Of a stretch of 64,000 nucleotides of DNA, positions 27,684 to 37,817 are shown in pieces. The translations under genes were made by a program, and so were the position numbers. The stretch comes from a bacterium. Lineage in GTDB: Bacteria; Patescibacteriota; UBA1384; 2-12-FULL-50-11. Position 1 is the stretch's first letter; each line of letters starts with the position of its first letter. Under the pieces are notes generated by a model. It made no database searches and was not told the DNA's origin. It worked only from the letters and a program-made list of their open reading frames with translations. The DNA is taken from positions 1,378-65,377 of the forward strand of contig JAJTYJ010000001.1 of assembly GCA_021463485.1 (NCBI GenBank), in the 5' to 3' direction.

Positions 27684-28462
27684 TTAATCACAAAAACCGT
27701 TTGAATATTTCGGATATTAATCGGCGAGGCGATACGCGCAGAAACGAAGATCTCCTCTTTAGTAGAAGTTACCTCTTCGATCGTGCCGACTGCGATTCCC
27801 GCCGGGTATAAACCCTCCATCGAAGATGTAACAACCAAATCACCGACTTTTACCGCGGCGTCAACTGGAATGGTGTCGACAACTAACCCGCGAATACCGC
27901 CCTTTAATATCCCCGAAGTTTTGCCCTCAGTTAATAGGACGGGGGTGAGAAGATTTCGATTAGATAATAACCACACTTCCGAGGTTGATTCGCTGACTTT
28001 CTTTATCTTTCCGATTAGATAGCCGTTTGAGACAACCGCTTGTTCAAGAGCAACGCCGTCTTTTGTGCCACGGTTAAGCGTCAGGGCTTGGAAAGTTCCG
28101 GCCGGTGAATAATTAAGAATTGTGGCTGGCAGCAGCGTGAGATCGCTACGCGTCTTTGAAAATCCGAGATCTTTCTTTAATAATTCGTTTTCGTTTTTCA
28201 GTGCTGACAAGTTTGAGAGCTGCGCACGCAGTTCGTTATTTTGTTGTTTTAGTTCAGCGTTTTCTTTCGATAACTCGGTAATTGAGCCGATTAGCGAAAA
28301 AAACGTGCGGACCTTACGAACTGATGTGTCGAACGCAATTACTGGGGCAGCGATCGCGTTACGGGCCACATCGCGTACTGGTTTGAACAACGCAAACTGA
28401 GCAACAACGATTAAGAGAATAACAATAATAATTGCAGTCGGTCGACGACGGAATCGCCTCAT
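27680..28462 (-). CDS. mreC: Rod shape protein MreC
   Basis: TM, coiled coil with ENxxLK, NRGTKDGV, GDLVVTS...YPAGI. Confidence 0.93.
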   Translation of the reverse strand: MRRFRRRPTAIIIVILLIVVAQFALFKPVRDVARNAIAAPVIAFDTSVRKVRTFFSLIGSITELSKENAELKQQNNELRAQLSNLSALKNENELLKKDLGFSKTRSDLTLLPATILNYSPAGTFQALTLNRGTKDGVALEQAVVSNGYLIGKIKKVSESTSEVWLLSNRNLLTPVLLTEGKTSGILKGGIRGLVVDTIPVDAAVKVGDLVVTSSMEGLYPAGIAVGTIEEVTSTKEEIFVSARIASPINIRNIQTVFVIK

Positions 28463-29499
28463 CGCAACGCGCTACTAAGCAGTACACTGTCTAACGTTTC
28501 TAGGTCTTCCAACACGACCCCAGTGCCGCGGGCCACAGCGGTTAGCGGTTCGTCAGCGATATAAACTTTCGTCTGCGTTGCTTGCGAGATCAGGGTGTCG
28601 ATGTCTTTAAGTAGCGCGCCGCCGCCGGCCAAAACGATACCGCGATCCATAATATCCGCAACTAGCTCTGGTGGGGTTTCCTCAATAGTTTGTTTTACTG
28701 ATTCAACGATGATCGTTATCGACTTAGCGATGGCTCGTCGAACTTGTTCGTCGTTGATAATAACCTCTCTTGGCAAACCGCTAACTAAGTCTCGGCCGCG
28801 CATCGGACGCTCGAGTTTATCTTTTAATGGATAAGCTGACCCGATCTCAATTTTAATCCGTTCAGCCGTTCGCTCGCCAAGCAGTAAATTAAAGTTATCT
28901 CTAGCAAAGTCGATAATATCTTGGTTCATTTCGTCGCCAGCAGTCCGCACCGAACGCGACGCGACTATTCCGCCCATCGAAATAACAGCGACCTCAGTTG
29001 TACCGCCTCCGATATCAACGATCATACTGCCCGTAGCTTCCTGTATCGGCAGACGGGCGCCGATCGCCGCAGCGACTGGTTCCTCGATCAAGAAAGCTTG
29101 ACGAGCGCCAGCGTTCATCGCAGCTTCTTCAACGGCACGTCGCTCAACCTCCGTGACGCCGTACGGGATACCGATCAGCACTCGGGGACGAGGGAGAAAA
29201 GAAAACCGCTCCTTATGAACGCGATCGATAAAGTACTTCAACATTTGCTCGGTTATTTCGAAGTCGCTAACGACGCCGTCGACTAACGGTCTAGTGGCGA
29301 CGATATGACCTGGCGTTTTTCCAACCATAATTTGCGCCTCGTGACCGATTGCTAGCACTTGTTTTGTTTTTTGGTTAACCGCTACAACCGACGGCTCGTT
29401 GATGACAATCCCTTTACCGCGTACGTACACTAGGGTGTTAGCAGTACCTAAATCGATGCCGATATCATGTGAAAATGCACCGAAAAAGCGGTTAATCAT
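28459..29499 (-). CDS. mreB: Rod shape actin MreB
   Basis: DIGIDLGTANTLV, DIGGGTTEVA, GIVLAGGGALL. Confidence 0.98.
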   Translation of the reverse strand: MINRFFGAFSHDIGIDLGTANTLVYVRGKGIVINEPSVVAVNQKTKQVLAIGHEAQIMVGKTPGHIVATRPLVDGVVSDFEITEQMLKYFIDRVHKERFSFLPRPRVLIGIPYGVTEVERRAVEEAAMNAGARQAFLIEEPVAAAIGARLPIQEATGSMIVDIGGGTTEVAVISMGGIVASRSVRTAGDEMNQDIIDFARDNFNLLLGERTAERIKIEIGSAYPLKDKLERPMRGRDLVSGLPREVIINDEQVRRAIAKSITIIVESVKQTIEETPPELVADIMDRGIVLAGGGALLKDIDTLISQATQTKVYIADEPLTAVARGTGVVLEDLETLDSVLLSSALR

Positions 29500-29546
29500 T
29501 GTGATTGAATTCTATGGTATGAGGGTTCGAAAATCAATGACGAGTC

Positions 29547-30302
29547 CTAGCGGTACACCAGGATGTTACGACTGCCGGTGGTGATGTCGCCGGCCGTGTA
29601 GTCGTGGATGGCGTTTAATAAGTCGTTCTTCTGGTAACGAAAGTGCTCACCTCGTCGCGTACCGGGATCGTTAGTAATAAACTCGTCGCTATCGTAACCG
29701 ATCACCACCAGCATATGATAACGCGGTCCCGGAGGAGTAAAATACGGATTTGGTAAAAGACGGCCAGCCGCTGGTAAAATTACTGGATTGCCATCGACGA
29801 TCTCTTGCTCAATTTGTTCAGCAGTTGGGTTTTTTATAATTTCAGCGCCGTCAAAACCAAGATACGAACGTGCGGCGTCACGGAGTTCTTTGACTGTCAC
29901 ATCGTACCCGTATCCGCTCAACGTCTGCCACTCCACAAAGTTGATTAACTTTCGATCGAGCGCTTCAAGCTCCATCGCCGGCTCCTTTTTCTTATAGGTG
30001 TAGACCATTAACAGACTTGCTTCTTCACATGTTTCCTTGTGAATAGCGCCCCACCGCCCAAACGGAGCTTGCGAATAAAAGGGCACCTCAAGCAGCGCGC
30101 TGGTTGGGAGCGGCTTCTTTACTTCTGGTTCTTTTTTCTCTTCGGGCGGTGGATTTACGACTGTCGGCGTGTTGCTTGTTGGTGTAGTTGTAAACGTCGG
30201 TTTTATATCTTGCTTACGTGTACCAAGATATAAAACCGTACTGCTAATACCAATAAACAGACCAATTGCCACAACATAAGCAAATTGAGAACTCTTATAC
30301 AT
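29547..30302 (-). CDS. Membrane-anchored C39-like cysteine peptidase
   Basis: VPFYSQAP, CEEASLLM, YHMLVVIGYD, ITNDPG. Confidence 0.85.
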   Translation of the reverse strand: MYKSSQFAYVVAIGLFIGISSTVLYLGTRKQDIKPTFTTTPTSNTPTVVNPPPEEKKEPEVKKPLPTSALLEVPFYSQAPFGRWGAIHKETCEEASLLMVYTYKKKEPAMELEALDRKLINFVEWQTLSGYGYDVTVKELRDAARSYLGFDGAEIIKNPTAEQIEQEIVDGNPVILPAAGRLLPNPYFTPPGPRYHMLVVIGYDSDEFITNDPGTRRGEHFRYQKNDLLNAIHDYTAGDITTGSRNILVYR

Positions 30303-32194
30303 CAGTACACCACCACTCCCGCCCGGCTTAATCTCGCCCAATTACTGTCAAATTCCGCTGCTTTCCAAGTAACTCGCCCGGCGATCGGGTCGTTAACGAT
30401 AATTGCTGTTGGCGACTGAACGTTGCCTTTATAACCGATCACAGTCCGTGCGTGCTCGCCTTTCCAAGCCGGGATAGTTTTACCACTCGGCGTTACCCAA
30501 GGATCATAATATGCTCTACCCTGAGTTCCCCAAACAACGATCGGATTCCCGGCGTCGATCTCTCTTGCTAAATCCTGAAGCGTCATATTTGTTTGCGCCT
30601 TAGCAGCTCGGTAGCTCGACGCGGCTTTTGCAATCGGCGCCCAGTGAACCCCGTATCCAGTACTATTTTGTGAGCCGTTAATATCACCAACAAATGCTAG
30701 GTCTGGATCGCCCCAAACATTCCCAGACCGAGTCGTTGGGTCATAACCGATATGACTCATGATCTCATCTTCGCTCACACGAACTCCCCGATACGCCAGC
30801 GCCATTTTCAACGCAGCGGCTTCGCACGAGAGCGCCCGATCTTGTTTATCAAGTGTTACGTTAAGCGTAATGATCTTCTCTTCAGTTGAAAATGTACTAG
30901 TAACCGCCGATCTCATCGTCTTTTGATAACGGCTCGCCGCACTTGATCCGATCGAAACTGTGTATTGAGTTGAGTACTCAAGTGACGCGGCAGGAATTAG
31001 TTGAAGCGTAACGTCGTCTTTCCAGTTCTTGGAGTAAATAATGGTTGGCGAGATACTGACGGCGCGTTCGACCGAGCTTCTATCGACCGGTTGGTTGAAT
31101 TTTATCGTGACAACAGACAATCTCGAGACACCGGTTGATTTTGAGGTCGGGACGATACTACGAATCTCTAACGGCCCGACTGTGGAAAACGAATACGTCC
31201 CGGCACTAACGATCGTGCTTCCTTCGGACGACGATAGTCCTGGTTGAACTGTTAATCTGTAAGTGGTTTCAAATTTGAGGCGCTCGTTAAACAGATACTC
31301 TGCAACCTGCCCACTCGCCAGAACCCAGCTTCCAGCAGTTTTAGGCTCTAAACTAAGAAAAGTGATTGCCGATTCAGACACGTCTTGAGCAAATGTTACA
31401 GTCAGCTTCGAGAGATCGGGTAATACGTCTGCTCCTTGAGGCGAAACAGCAGCAATCCCTAGCGGCTCAGTTGTAGTAAATTGCTTTGTAATTACTTGTT
31501 CGCGTGCACCTCTCTGTATGACTTTTTGCAAACCGGTATCGTACCGAATAATCTCTCGATCGACAGTCAATTCGTACGTAACCCCTTGTTGTAACGGTGC
31601 CTTCGGAGTTAATAGAAATTGACTCTGGTTTTTTGCGCTCACTACATCAAACTCAAACTCTGGTTTGAACGAGAAAAAGTACTCGACAACGCGCTCGGCA
31701 GGGAAATCAAGGTCGACAACAACTGGCTCAGTTATTTTATGCGGCGAGCCGACGGTAATATTTTTGATCGATGGCAATGGTTGAGTCATAAAACTTACGG
31801 TGTGTGCTGTGCCGTCACTGGAGCTAAGTACCCCACGGATACCAGAAAGAGTAACGGTATACGTGGTGTTCGGCTGAAGCGCGCTGGTTGGCTCGAAAAC
31901 GACTGTGCGGAATAACCGACCGGCGATCACCGGATCTTCCCAGTGCCAACGCCCCTCGGTCTCCGGCGTGATAACCGGCGTAAAACTTTCGCGTGAGACC
32001 GGTAAAGAAAATGAAACTCTAATATCGGTTAATAGCTCCGCGCGGCTATTTTGTGACGCGATCAGCGTTTCTTGAACCTTGGGCGACACAAACGATAACA
32101 TCACACCAACGACAGCTAGAATAGCTAGCGCTCCCAGCGATAACTGGACAACAAACGCTCGAGGATGCTCAGCCCATGAGCGCCAAAGTTTCAT
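30302..32194 (-). CDS. Ig-like repeat protein with C-terminal C39-like peptidase
   Basis: Repeated I...P..V.....I.F..PV...L.....Y.V Ig-like units; SCEAAALKM, EHARTVIGY, VNDP. Confidence 0.85.
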   Translation of the reverse strand: MKLWRSWAEHPRAFVVQLSLGALAILAVVGVMLSFVSPKVQETLIASQNSRAELLTDIRVSFSLPVSRESFTPVITPETEGRWHWEDPVIAGRLFRTVVFEPTSALQPNTTYTVTLSGIRGVLSSSDGTAHTVSFMTQPLPSIKNITVGSPHKITEPVVVDLDFPAERVVEYFFSFKPEFEFDVVSAKNQSQFLLTPKAPLQQGVTYELTVDREIIRYDTGLQKVIQRGAREQVITKQFTTTEPLGIAAVSPQGADVLPDLSKLTVTFAQDVSESAITFLSLEPKTAGSWVLASGQVAEYLFNERLKFETTYRLTVQPGLSSSEGSTIVSAGTYSFSTVGPLEIRSIVPTSKSTGVSRLSVVTIKFNQPVDRSSVERAVSISPTIIYSKNWKDDVTLQLIPAASLEYSTQYTVSIGSSAASRYQKTMRSAVTSTFSTEEKIITLNVTLDKQDRALSCEAAALKMALAYRGVRVSEDEIMSHIGYDPTTRSGNVWGDPDLAFVGDINGSQNSTGYGVHWAPIAKAASSYRAAKAQTNMTLQDLAREIDAGNPIVVWGTQGRAYYDPWVTPSGKTIPAWKGEHARTVIGYKGNVQSPTAIIVNDPIAGRVTWKAAEFDSNWARLSRAGVVVY

Positions 32195-32835
32195 CGCTCG
32201 TACAATGACTTAGCCGCCGAGTAGATCGGGCCAAAGAAAGCACCGAACAACGCCACCACAATTAATTCTTCAAGCGGTAGCCCGGCTACTGTTGCGCCGC
32301 TTAGCCCCTCGGTAAACCACAAGCTACTAAGCGAGCCAGATCCGTGGGTAATAAGCGAAAATAGTACCGCGTACAACAATCCTGTACCGATCGCGGAAAA
32401 CATCGCGTCCCAAAATAGATCTGATCGTAATAGCATAAGTAGAACCACGTTTATCGCTAATCCTATTATCACCGCTACCACCAACGGAACGACTCCAAAT
32501 AAGAATAGCGATAAGCCAATCATTAAGCCGATCAGAAATACTGATAGGTGCTGTCGCGTCGATGAGCGCTTCTTTGTAAAATGTGTCGAAAATACTAGTT
32601 CGTAGATAACCGCTGAAAGACCACCAAACAGAAACACGATCAGCGCTTGAATTAGAAAATATTGATACAGCTGCGTTGTAGTTAGCTGTTCGAAATACCC
32701 AGTTCTTAACAACGGATCGATAATTACTAACGGCAGGGCACAGAGCCCCCCAAGTACGTAGTGTTTTCGAATCTCTCGGTTACGAGTTAATATCGTCACG
32801 CTTACTATTATTAATAGAGCAACAGCATATGCCAT
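32191..32835 (-). CDS. Lycopene-cyclase-like integral membrane protein
   Basis: Multi-TM with GLPLEEL motif. Confidence 0.6.
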   Translation of the reverse strand: MAYAVALLIIVSVTILTRNREIRKHYVLGGLCALPLVIIDPLLRTGYFEQLTTTQLYQYFLIQALIVFLFGGLSAVIYELVFSTHFTKKRSSTRQHLSVFLIGLMIGLSLFLFGVVPLVVAVIIGLAINVVLLMLLRSDLFWDAMFSAIGTGLLYAVLFSLITHGSGSLSSLWFTEGLSGATVAGLPLEELIVVALFGAFFGPIYSAAKSLYER

Positions 32836-33749
32836 TAGAAATACTGTCTAACCTTAGCCCGATGCTCCTCGTAGGTTTTTGAAAAAATCGTCTCGCCTTT
32901 CGCGTGAAAATAATAGAAGTAATCGTGAGTTTCTGGGTTTAGAACTGCTTTAATACTCTCTAGCCCAGGATTAGCGATAGGACCAGGAGGCAAGCCGTCG
33001 TTGAGGTAAGTATTATACGGGGAGATAACATTACGATAATCATCAACGGTTACGATCGATTTCGACGACCCCTTGGCGTATTGTATCGTCGCATCAGCCT
33101 CAAGTCTCATACCCTTTTTTAACCGATTCACGTAAACTCCTGCGATCGCAGCTCGGTCGCTCGGACCCTTAGCTTCGCGCTCAATTATTGAGGCCAATAT
33201 CACTACGTCCGGGTCGACTCGTAACTCCTTAGTACGCAATTCAAAGTTATCGCGTAAACGCTCGATCACCCCCTCGATAGTTTCGTCGATCTTGAACTCG
33301 TAGGTATCAGGAAAAAGATAGCCCTCGTATTGTTTGGCAGCGGCGGCAAATCCGACCATCTGCTTTAGACCCTTCTGCTCAACGAGCTCTGTTTCAATAT
33401 CGCTTGCCCACCAACCTTCTTTGATAGTAATACGGATGACTTTAAATTTGCCTTTGTTGAGTTGCTCAAGAATTGTACTGGCTGAGTCTCCGGCTGACAG
33501 CTCGTATGTGCCAGGAATAATCACACCTTTTACGAGCTTACTGTATACAAAAAAAGCAAACTGACTTTTAATAAGCCCTTCGGATGATAGCGTCTGAGCG
33601 ATACTCGCTCGCGACATACCGGCGACAATTTTTATTTCTTTTTTATCTGTATTACCGGCGTCTTTCGGGCCTAGTAGATAAATAAAAGTCACTGAAAAAA
33701 TCAGCAGTAGAGCTAGTAACACTAATGCGCCGCGCTTAAGAAACACCAT
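32835..33749 (-). CDS. mltG: Endolytic transglycosylase MltG
   Basis: EGYLFPDTY, LASIIEREA, SPYNTY...GLPPGPIANPG. Confidence 0.95.
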   Translation of the reverse strand: MVFLKRGALVLLALLLIFSVTFIYLLGPKDAGNTDKKEIKIVAGMSRASIAQTLSSEGLIKSQFAFFVYSKLVKGVIIPGTYELSAGDSASTILEQLNKGKFKVIRITIKEGWWASDIETELVEQKGLKQMVGFAAAAKQYEGYLFPDTYEFKIDETIEGVIERLRDNFELRTKELRVDPDVVILASIIEREAKGPSDRAAIAGVYVNRLKKGMRLEADATIQYAKGSSKSIVTVDDYRNVISPYNTYLNDGLPPGPIANPGLESIKAVLNPETHDYFYYFHAKGETIFSKTYEEHRAKVRQYF

Positions 33750-34170
33750 TCTCTTCAAAGTATTGCTGTAAAATTAACTGCGCCGATACCTGGTGAACCC
33801 GCTCTTTGGCGTTAGTTACAGAGATTCCTTGGGATTCCAGAATTTCCTGCGCCATAAAACTAGTTAACGTCTCATTAACAAAATGAACCTGACAGTTTGT
33901 TTTCTTCTCTAGCTCAGCCACAAACGATGAGATCTTCTTTGACTCTTCTGTATGTTTATTGCGCTCATTGACAGGTAGCCCAACAACAAACGCGCTCGCC
34001 TCTTCGATCTCAAGTAGTGTTTGTAGCTCCGCAATCGCAGTTTTTTTAGTCTCACCGAAATAGAACGATTCGTTCTTTTTACAACTTAACGTTGTTAATT
34101 CAGTTGCAAGCGCTTCGCCAACCGCCACTCCGATGTATCGACTACCAATATCTAAACCTAAGTAACGCAT
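33736..34170 (-). CDS. ruvX: RuvX/YqgF nuclease
   Basis: LGLDIG..IGVA, VVGLP, NETLTS, SAQLILQQY. Confidence 0.88.
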   Translation of the reverse strand: MRYLGLDIGSRYIGVAVGEALATELTTLSCKKNESFYFGETKKTAIAELQTLLEIEEASAFVVGLPVNERNKHTEESKKISSFVAELEKKTNCQVHFVNETLTSFMAQEILESQGISVTNAKERVHQVSAQLILQQYFEENGVS

Positions 34171-35937
34171 TTACTCGATCGGTTTTTTATTACTAAATCC
34201 GTACTCGACCCGTATTGCGCCTTCCAGTAATGGCAGACGTGCGATCCACCAACTCGGCGAGATACTAACCTCAACTGAATCAGCTTTGTACGTCTCTATG
34301 ATCGAGTTTTTGGCAGAATCGACACTTTTATTTTTAACCGAGCGAGCGATTGTGGCTTTGTCGATCTTCTCAACCATATAGCCGCTCCCCGCTACCTCGA
34401 TTGTTAGTTTGGTCTTATCATCGGTAATACCTTTTGTTGTTATCGATGGCTCTTTGCCATCCTCAAATACCAACTCCTGAGTCTCGGTCAAGGTAGAGGA
34501 TAGCTTAGCTCTGAACTGGTCGTCTACAAGTTTTTTCTCGAAGGCTAGGCTGGCAAATTCTATCTTTAGAGTTAAATTAACGCTCTGTGCTTCCTCATCT
34601 ACTTTCTTATCGGTTGTTTGCTCTTTCACTGTCTGCCAAACAGCATCAGGAAGAATTAATAGACCCTTTGCTTTTTCCGCCAAATCGGCTTTTGCTTTCG
34701 TTTCCATCTCCGCCTTAGCGGTGGCGACGGCGGTATCGAGATCTTGTTGTGAAAGAACAGTAATTTGTTTGGTTAACCCGCCCGAAAACGCTTCAGTACT
34801 TTCGATAACGGTATTATCAAGCGCGCCCGCCAACGTAAACGACGATTTAGGAATATTGTAGCTCTCGCCCGGCTCGACGGCAGTGACCTTTACGGTTTTT
34901 GTGTCGTAAATAGGTTGCCCGTTGTTTGGGTTGAACGTAACTCTCGAAACGGTCACCGCATTATTAAGAGTGAAAACTTTTTTTGTAGAGACATCTGTCG
35001 CCTTCGTTCCGGTGGCAAATGTCTGGTCTTTACCGGCCCCAGACCCGTCACGGTACTTATTGGTGATACTAATAGTACCCGTAGCTTTACTGCCGATATC
35101 TTTTTTACCGGTCGCCGTGATAGTTGTACTCGAAGACTGCTCACTGGTGACAACACTACCCTTTACCGCGCCTTCGGCAGTTTCCGTTTGCACCGCCAAT
35201 AACAACGTATCGCTAACTGGCTCAGCTGGTAAGACAACAGTGATTGTGGCTTTCGGCAACAGGAAAAACGTTACTGTGGTTAATACTATAAGAATTCCCA
35301 GCGCGATTAACGCCGCCTTCCAGGGAAATTTAAACGGTTCCGAGGCTCGTGGAGCGCCGACTCGAGTTACGATCGGCGGCAGCGATGCGCCGTCAGCTTC
35401 CTTGGGCTGCTCCTCGGCATCAGGCTGCTTATCGTCAGTAGTTTCGATTGATGATGGGGTAGTAACCGTAATGATTTTTTCCTCGGTATCGGCATCGGCC
35501 GTCGCCTCTGACTCAGAAAACTCTTCGAGTTCGCTACTCTCATGCTCCGCAACCGAAGTTGCACCGCCCATAACTGGGCGGTTGGGATTATACTGGCGAA
35601 CCGGAACACCGTCGATCGTCGTGTCTACAGTTGCTGGCTCTTCAGGCGCTGTCGATCTAACCGGTTGCTGGGGCGAGTTTGCGATAGCACCGAGCGAAGC
35701 GTATGTCGGTACCCCTACTTGTTTTGCGAGTCTCGTACCGATCTTGTTTCCAGAGATAATTACTACCTCTTTTTGGAGATTCTTTGCCTCTTTTGCTAAG
35801 AGTTTTAAATTAACCAAGCTCTGGAAAAGCGAGCTATTTTTCGGGACAACAAGCGCAACGCTTCCGTCGCCTTCGGCGCCGATTTTCTCGATAACTGAGG
35901 TTATTTCCTCGTCTGGTTCTAAATAAATCTGTTTCAT
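34171..35937 (-). CDS. Membrane-anchored protein with baseplate-J-like extracellular domain
   Basis: IYLEPDEEITSVI N-terminus, acidic linker, one TM, KATGTI...VTAVEPGESYNI...FSGG pattern. Confidence 0.65.
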   Translation of the reverse strand: MKQIYLEPDEEITSVIEKIGAEGDGSVALVVPKNSSLFQSLVNLKLLAKEAKNLQKEVVIISGNKIGTRLAKQVGVPTYASLGAIANSPQQPVRSTAPEEPATVDTTIDGVPVRQYNPNRPVMGGATSVAEHESSELEEFSESEATADADTEEKIITVTTPSSIETTDDKQPDAEEQPKEADGASLPPIVTRVGAPRASEPFKFPWKAALIALGILIVLTTVTFFLLPKATITVVLPAEPVSDTLLLAVQTETAEGAVKGSVVTSEQSSSTTITATGKKDIGSKATGTISITNKYRDGSGAGKDQTFATGTKATDVSTKKVFTLNNAVTVSRVTFNPNNGQPIYDTKTVKVTAVEPGESYNIPKSSFTLAGALDNTVIESTEAFSGGLTKQITVLSQQDLDTAVATAKAEMETKAKADLAEKAKGLLILPDAVWQTVKEQTTDKKVDEEAQSVNLTLKIEFASLAFEKKLVDDQFRAKLSSTLTETQELVFEDGKEPSITTKGITDDKTKLTIEVAGSGYMVEKIDKATIARSVKNKSVDSAKNSIIETYKADSVEVSISPSWWIARLPLLEGAIRVEYGFSNKKPIE

Positions 35938-37181
35938 TACTGTTTAAGTCCCGCTACTGCCTTCTTCATAACACTTTCCAGAATACTGGATTCTCCGATT
36001 AAATCTAAGGCGACGTTCGCCAACGCTAACGGCGTCACTTCCGACACGTCGGATAACTGTTTTGTCTCATCGACCATATTAGCGACGTCACTTGGTTTAA
36101 TAAATTGAACATCGGGCTGCCTGGCAAACGGTAAACTCTTATACCAGTCGCTGCTTTGAAGTGCCTGCTTTATTTCTGGTAAGTTACTCCCACCGCCACA
36201 AAGTAGAATCTTTGAAGGTAACAAATCGCCCTCACCAAACTCTTCAAGAGAGATCTCGAGCGCCGAGAGCCAAACGCGAACATCCGCTTTGAGAGCATGT
36301 TTAATTAACTCAGCCTTTTCGGCTTCAAGAGTAGCGGCGCTGTATTGAAGTTTAGCTTCTTCGCCGATCTGGAACGTTTCGCCAAGCGCCGCCGCAACGC
36401 GTTTTGTAAACGCTCGGCCGCCGATTGCAAACATCTTAGTCCCCTCAACGCCGCCGTTTCGTACGACCGCTACGTCGGTGGTGCCGCCGCCGATATCGAT
36501 AAAAATCGCGGCAAAGTCGGTCGATTCTTCGTCGATGCAGCGGGCCACCGCGTATGGCTCGGCCGCGACGGCTAAGAGCTCTAATCCGAGCTCTCGAACG
36601 ACTGTTTCGATCGCCCCAAGTTGAACGATCGGCGCAAACGAATTATAAACACCGACAGCCAGCTGCTTCCCTTGATAACTCATCGGGTTCGCGACTTTGT
36701 AGCCGTCGATAACAACGCTAACGATTGCGGCGTTTACTAGTTGAACGTCGATCTCATCTTGACCGGTTTCGGCTGCTAGTTCTGCGCGCGCCTGGCGAAA
36801 CGCCTCGGCTTGAACTTGATTGACGATGTCTTGAAGCTCGCTCATCTGGATCTGCTGTTGCGGTTTGGTTCGATTCACCTTGATACTAGCTGTGGTTCCT
36901 TTAACAAGTTCGCCGGCGATACCTACGATCACTTTATCTGGTAAAAATTTGGCTTGCTCAGCTGCTTGCTCGATCGCTTTCTCACAGTTAATCGCAACGC
37001 CGTGAATATCGGTTACGCCGCCGCCTTGCATATCAGAAAGTCGCTGTCTGGCTCTACCGGCGCCGCGAACAATACCCTTACCATCAATAACTTCAAAAAC
37101 CAAAGCTTTTACGTACTCGGTACCGATATCTAAGCTAATCGCCCAGTTACTCTGCTTCTTCTTCCCTCCAAAAAGTCCCAT
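35937..37181 (-). CDS. FtsA-like actin-fold ATPase
   Basis: SLDIGTEYVKA, EPYAVA, DIGGGTTDVA, LCGGGSNL; start at ATG 37181. Confidence 0.85.
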   Translation of the reverse strand: MGLFGGKKKQSNWAISLDIGTEYVKALVFEVIDGKGIVRGAGRARQRLSDMQGGGVTDIHGVAINCEKAIEQAAEQAKFLPDKVIVGIAGELVKGTTASIKVNRTKPQQQIQMSELQDIVNQVQAEAFRQARAELAAETGQDEIDVQLVNAAIVSVVIDGYKVANPMSYQGKQLAVGVYNSFAPIVQLGAIETVVRELGLELLAVAAEPYAVARCIDEESTDFAAIFIDIGGGTTDVAVVRNGGVEGTKMFAIGGRAFTKRVAAALGETFQIGEEAKLQYSAATLEAEKAELIKHALKADVRVWLSALEISLEEFGEGDLLPSKILLCGGGSNLPEIKQALQSSDWYKSLPFARQPDVQFIKPSDVANMVDETKQLSDVSEVTPLALANVALDLIGESSILESVMKKAVAGLKQ

Positions 37182-37265
37182 TCGTATCCTCAAAATACCA
37201 GTTTGACCCTGGACAAGCAACGTAATTATCAGTAAAATTACCTCGTTCATATTTAGGAGAAAATT

Positions 37266-37817
37266 GTGTCTGCAAAACTGGAAATACTGGAGTTCCTTAA
37301 TAACTCACTGCAATCGCCACCACTCGACATTCTATGTTCATACAGTGAAGAGGTCTTTGATCGTGCTACTACCTCTCAAGACCTAATCAAAGGAGATATT
37401 GAGGGGCAGGTTAGGCTGTGGTGTCGACGTGGATCATTCTTCAAAAACCTTGCCCAATCAGATCTCGAGAATCTTCGAGATCAAAAGGCGGGAGCTGCTC
37501 GATCAATCTTATACTCACGACTTTGTGTTACCTTGTTGGGCCACCGACCAAATTCTATAGAGATGGCTAACCTTTTCGCAGGAGATAAGCCGATCGCTAA
37601 AAGAATCCTGGCGAGTACCAACCCTGAAGCCATAAAGATTCGTGAACACCTGGCTCCCGCTATGATCACTATGGAATTGTTTGGACTCGCTGAAGTACTT
37701 GCACTTCGAAACATAAACTATGAAAACGAAGTAGAGGTTGCTCAGGCAACTGAACGATTTATGCATCGTGCTGATCGCCTAACCGAACTGCTTGTCTTCA
37801 GACGCAGCGTGCTTTGA
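37266..37817 (+). CDS. Hypothetical protein
   Basis: AGGAG before GTG start; fills the gap opposite to the surrounding operon. Confidence 0.55.
   Translation: MSAKLEILEFLNNSLQSPPLDILCSYSEEVFDRATTSQDLIKGDIEGQVRLWCRRGSFFKNLAQSDLENLRDQKAGAARSILYSRLCVTLLGHRPNSIEMANLFAGDKPIAKRILASTNPEAIKIREHLAPAMITMELFGLAEVLALRNINYENEVEVAQATERFMHRADRLTELLVFRRSVL

Noticed and set aside
34922-35926. 334-aa plus-strand ORF
   Set aside because: Antisense in-register shadow of the baseplate-J-like gene; no motifs
34171-35937. Prophage suggested by the baseplate-J-like domain
   Set aside because: No other phage genes; the protein is membrane-anchored inside a housekeeping operon
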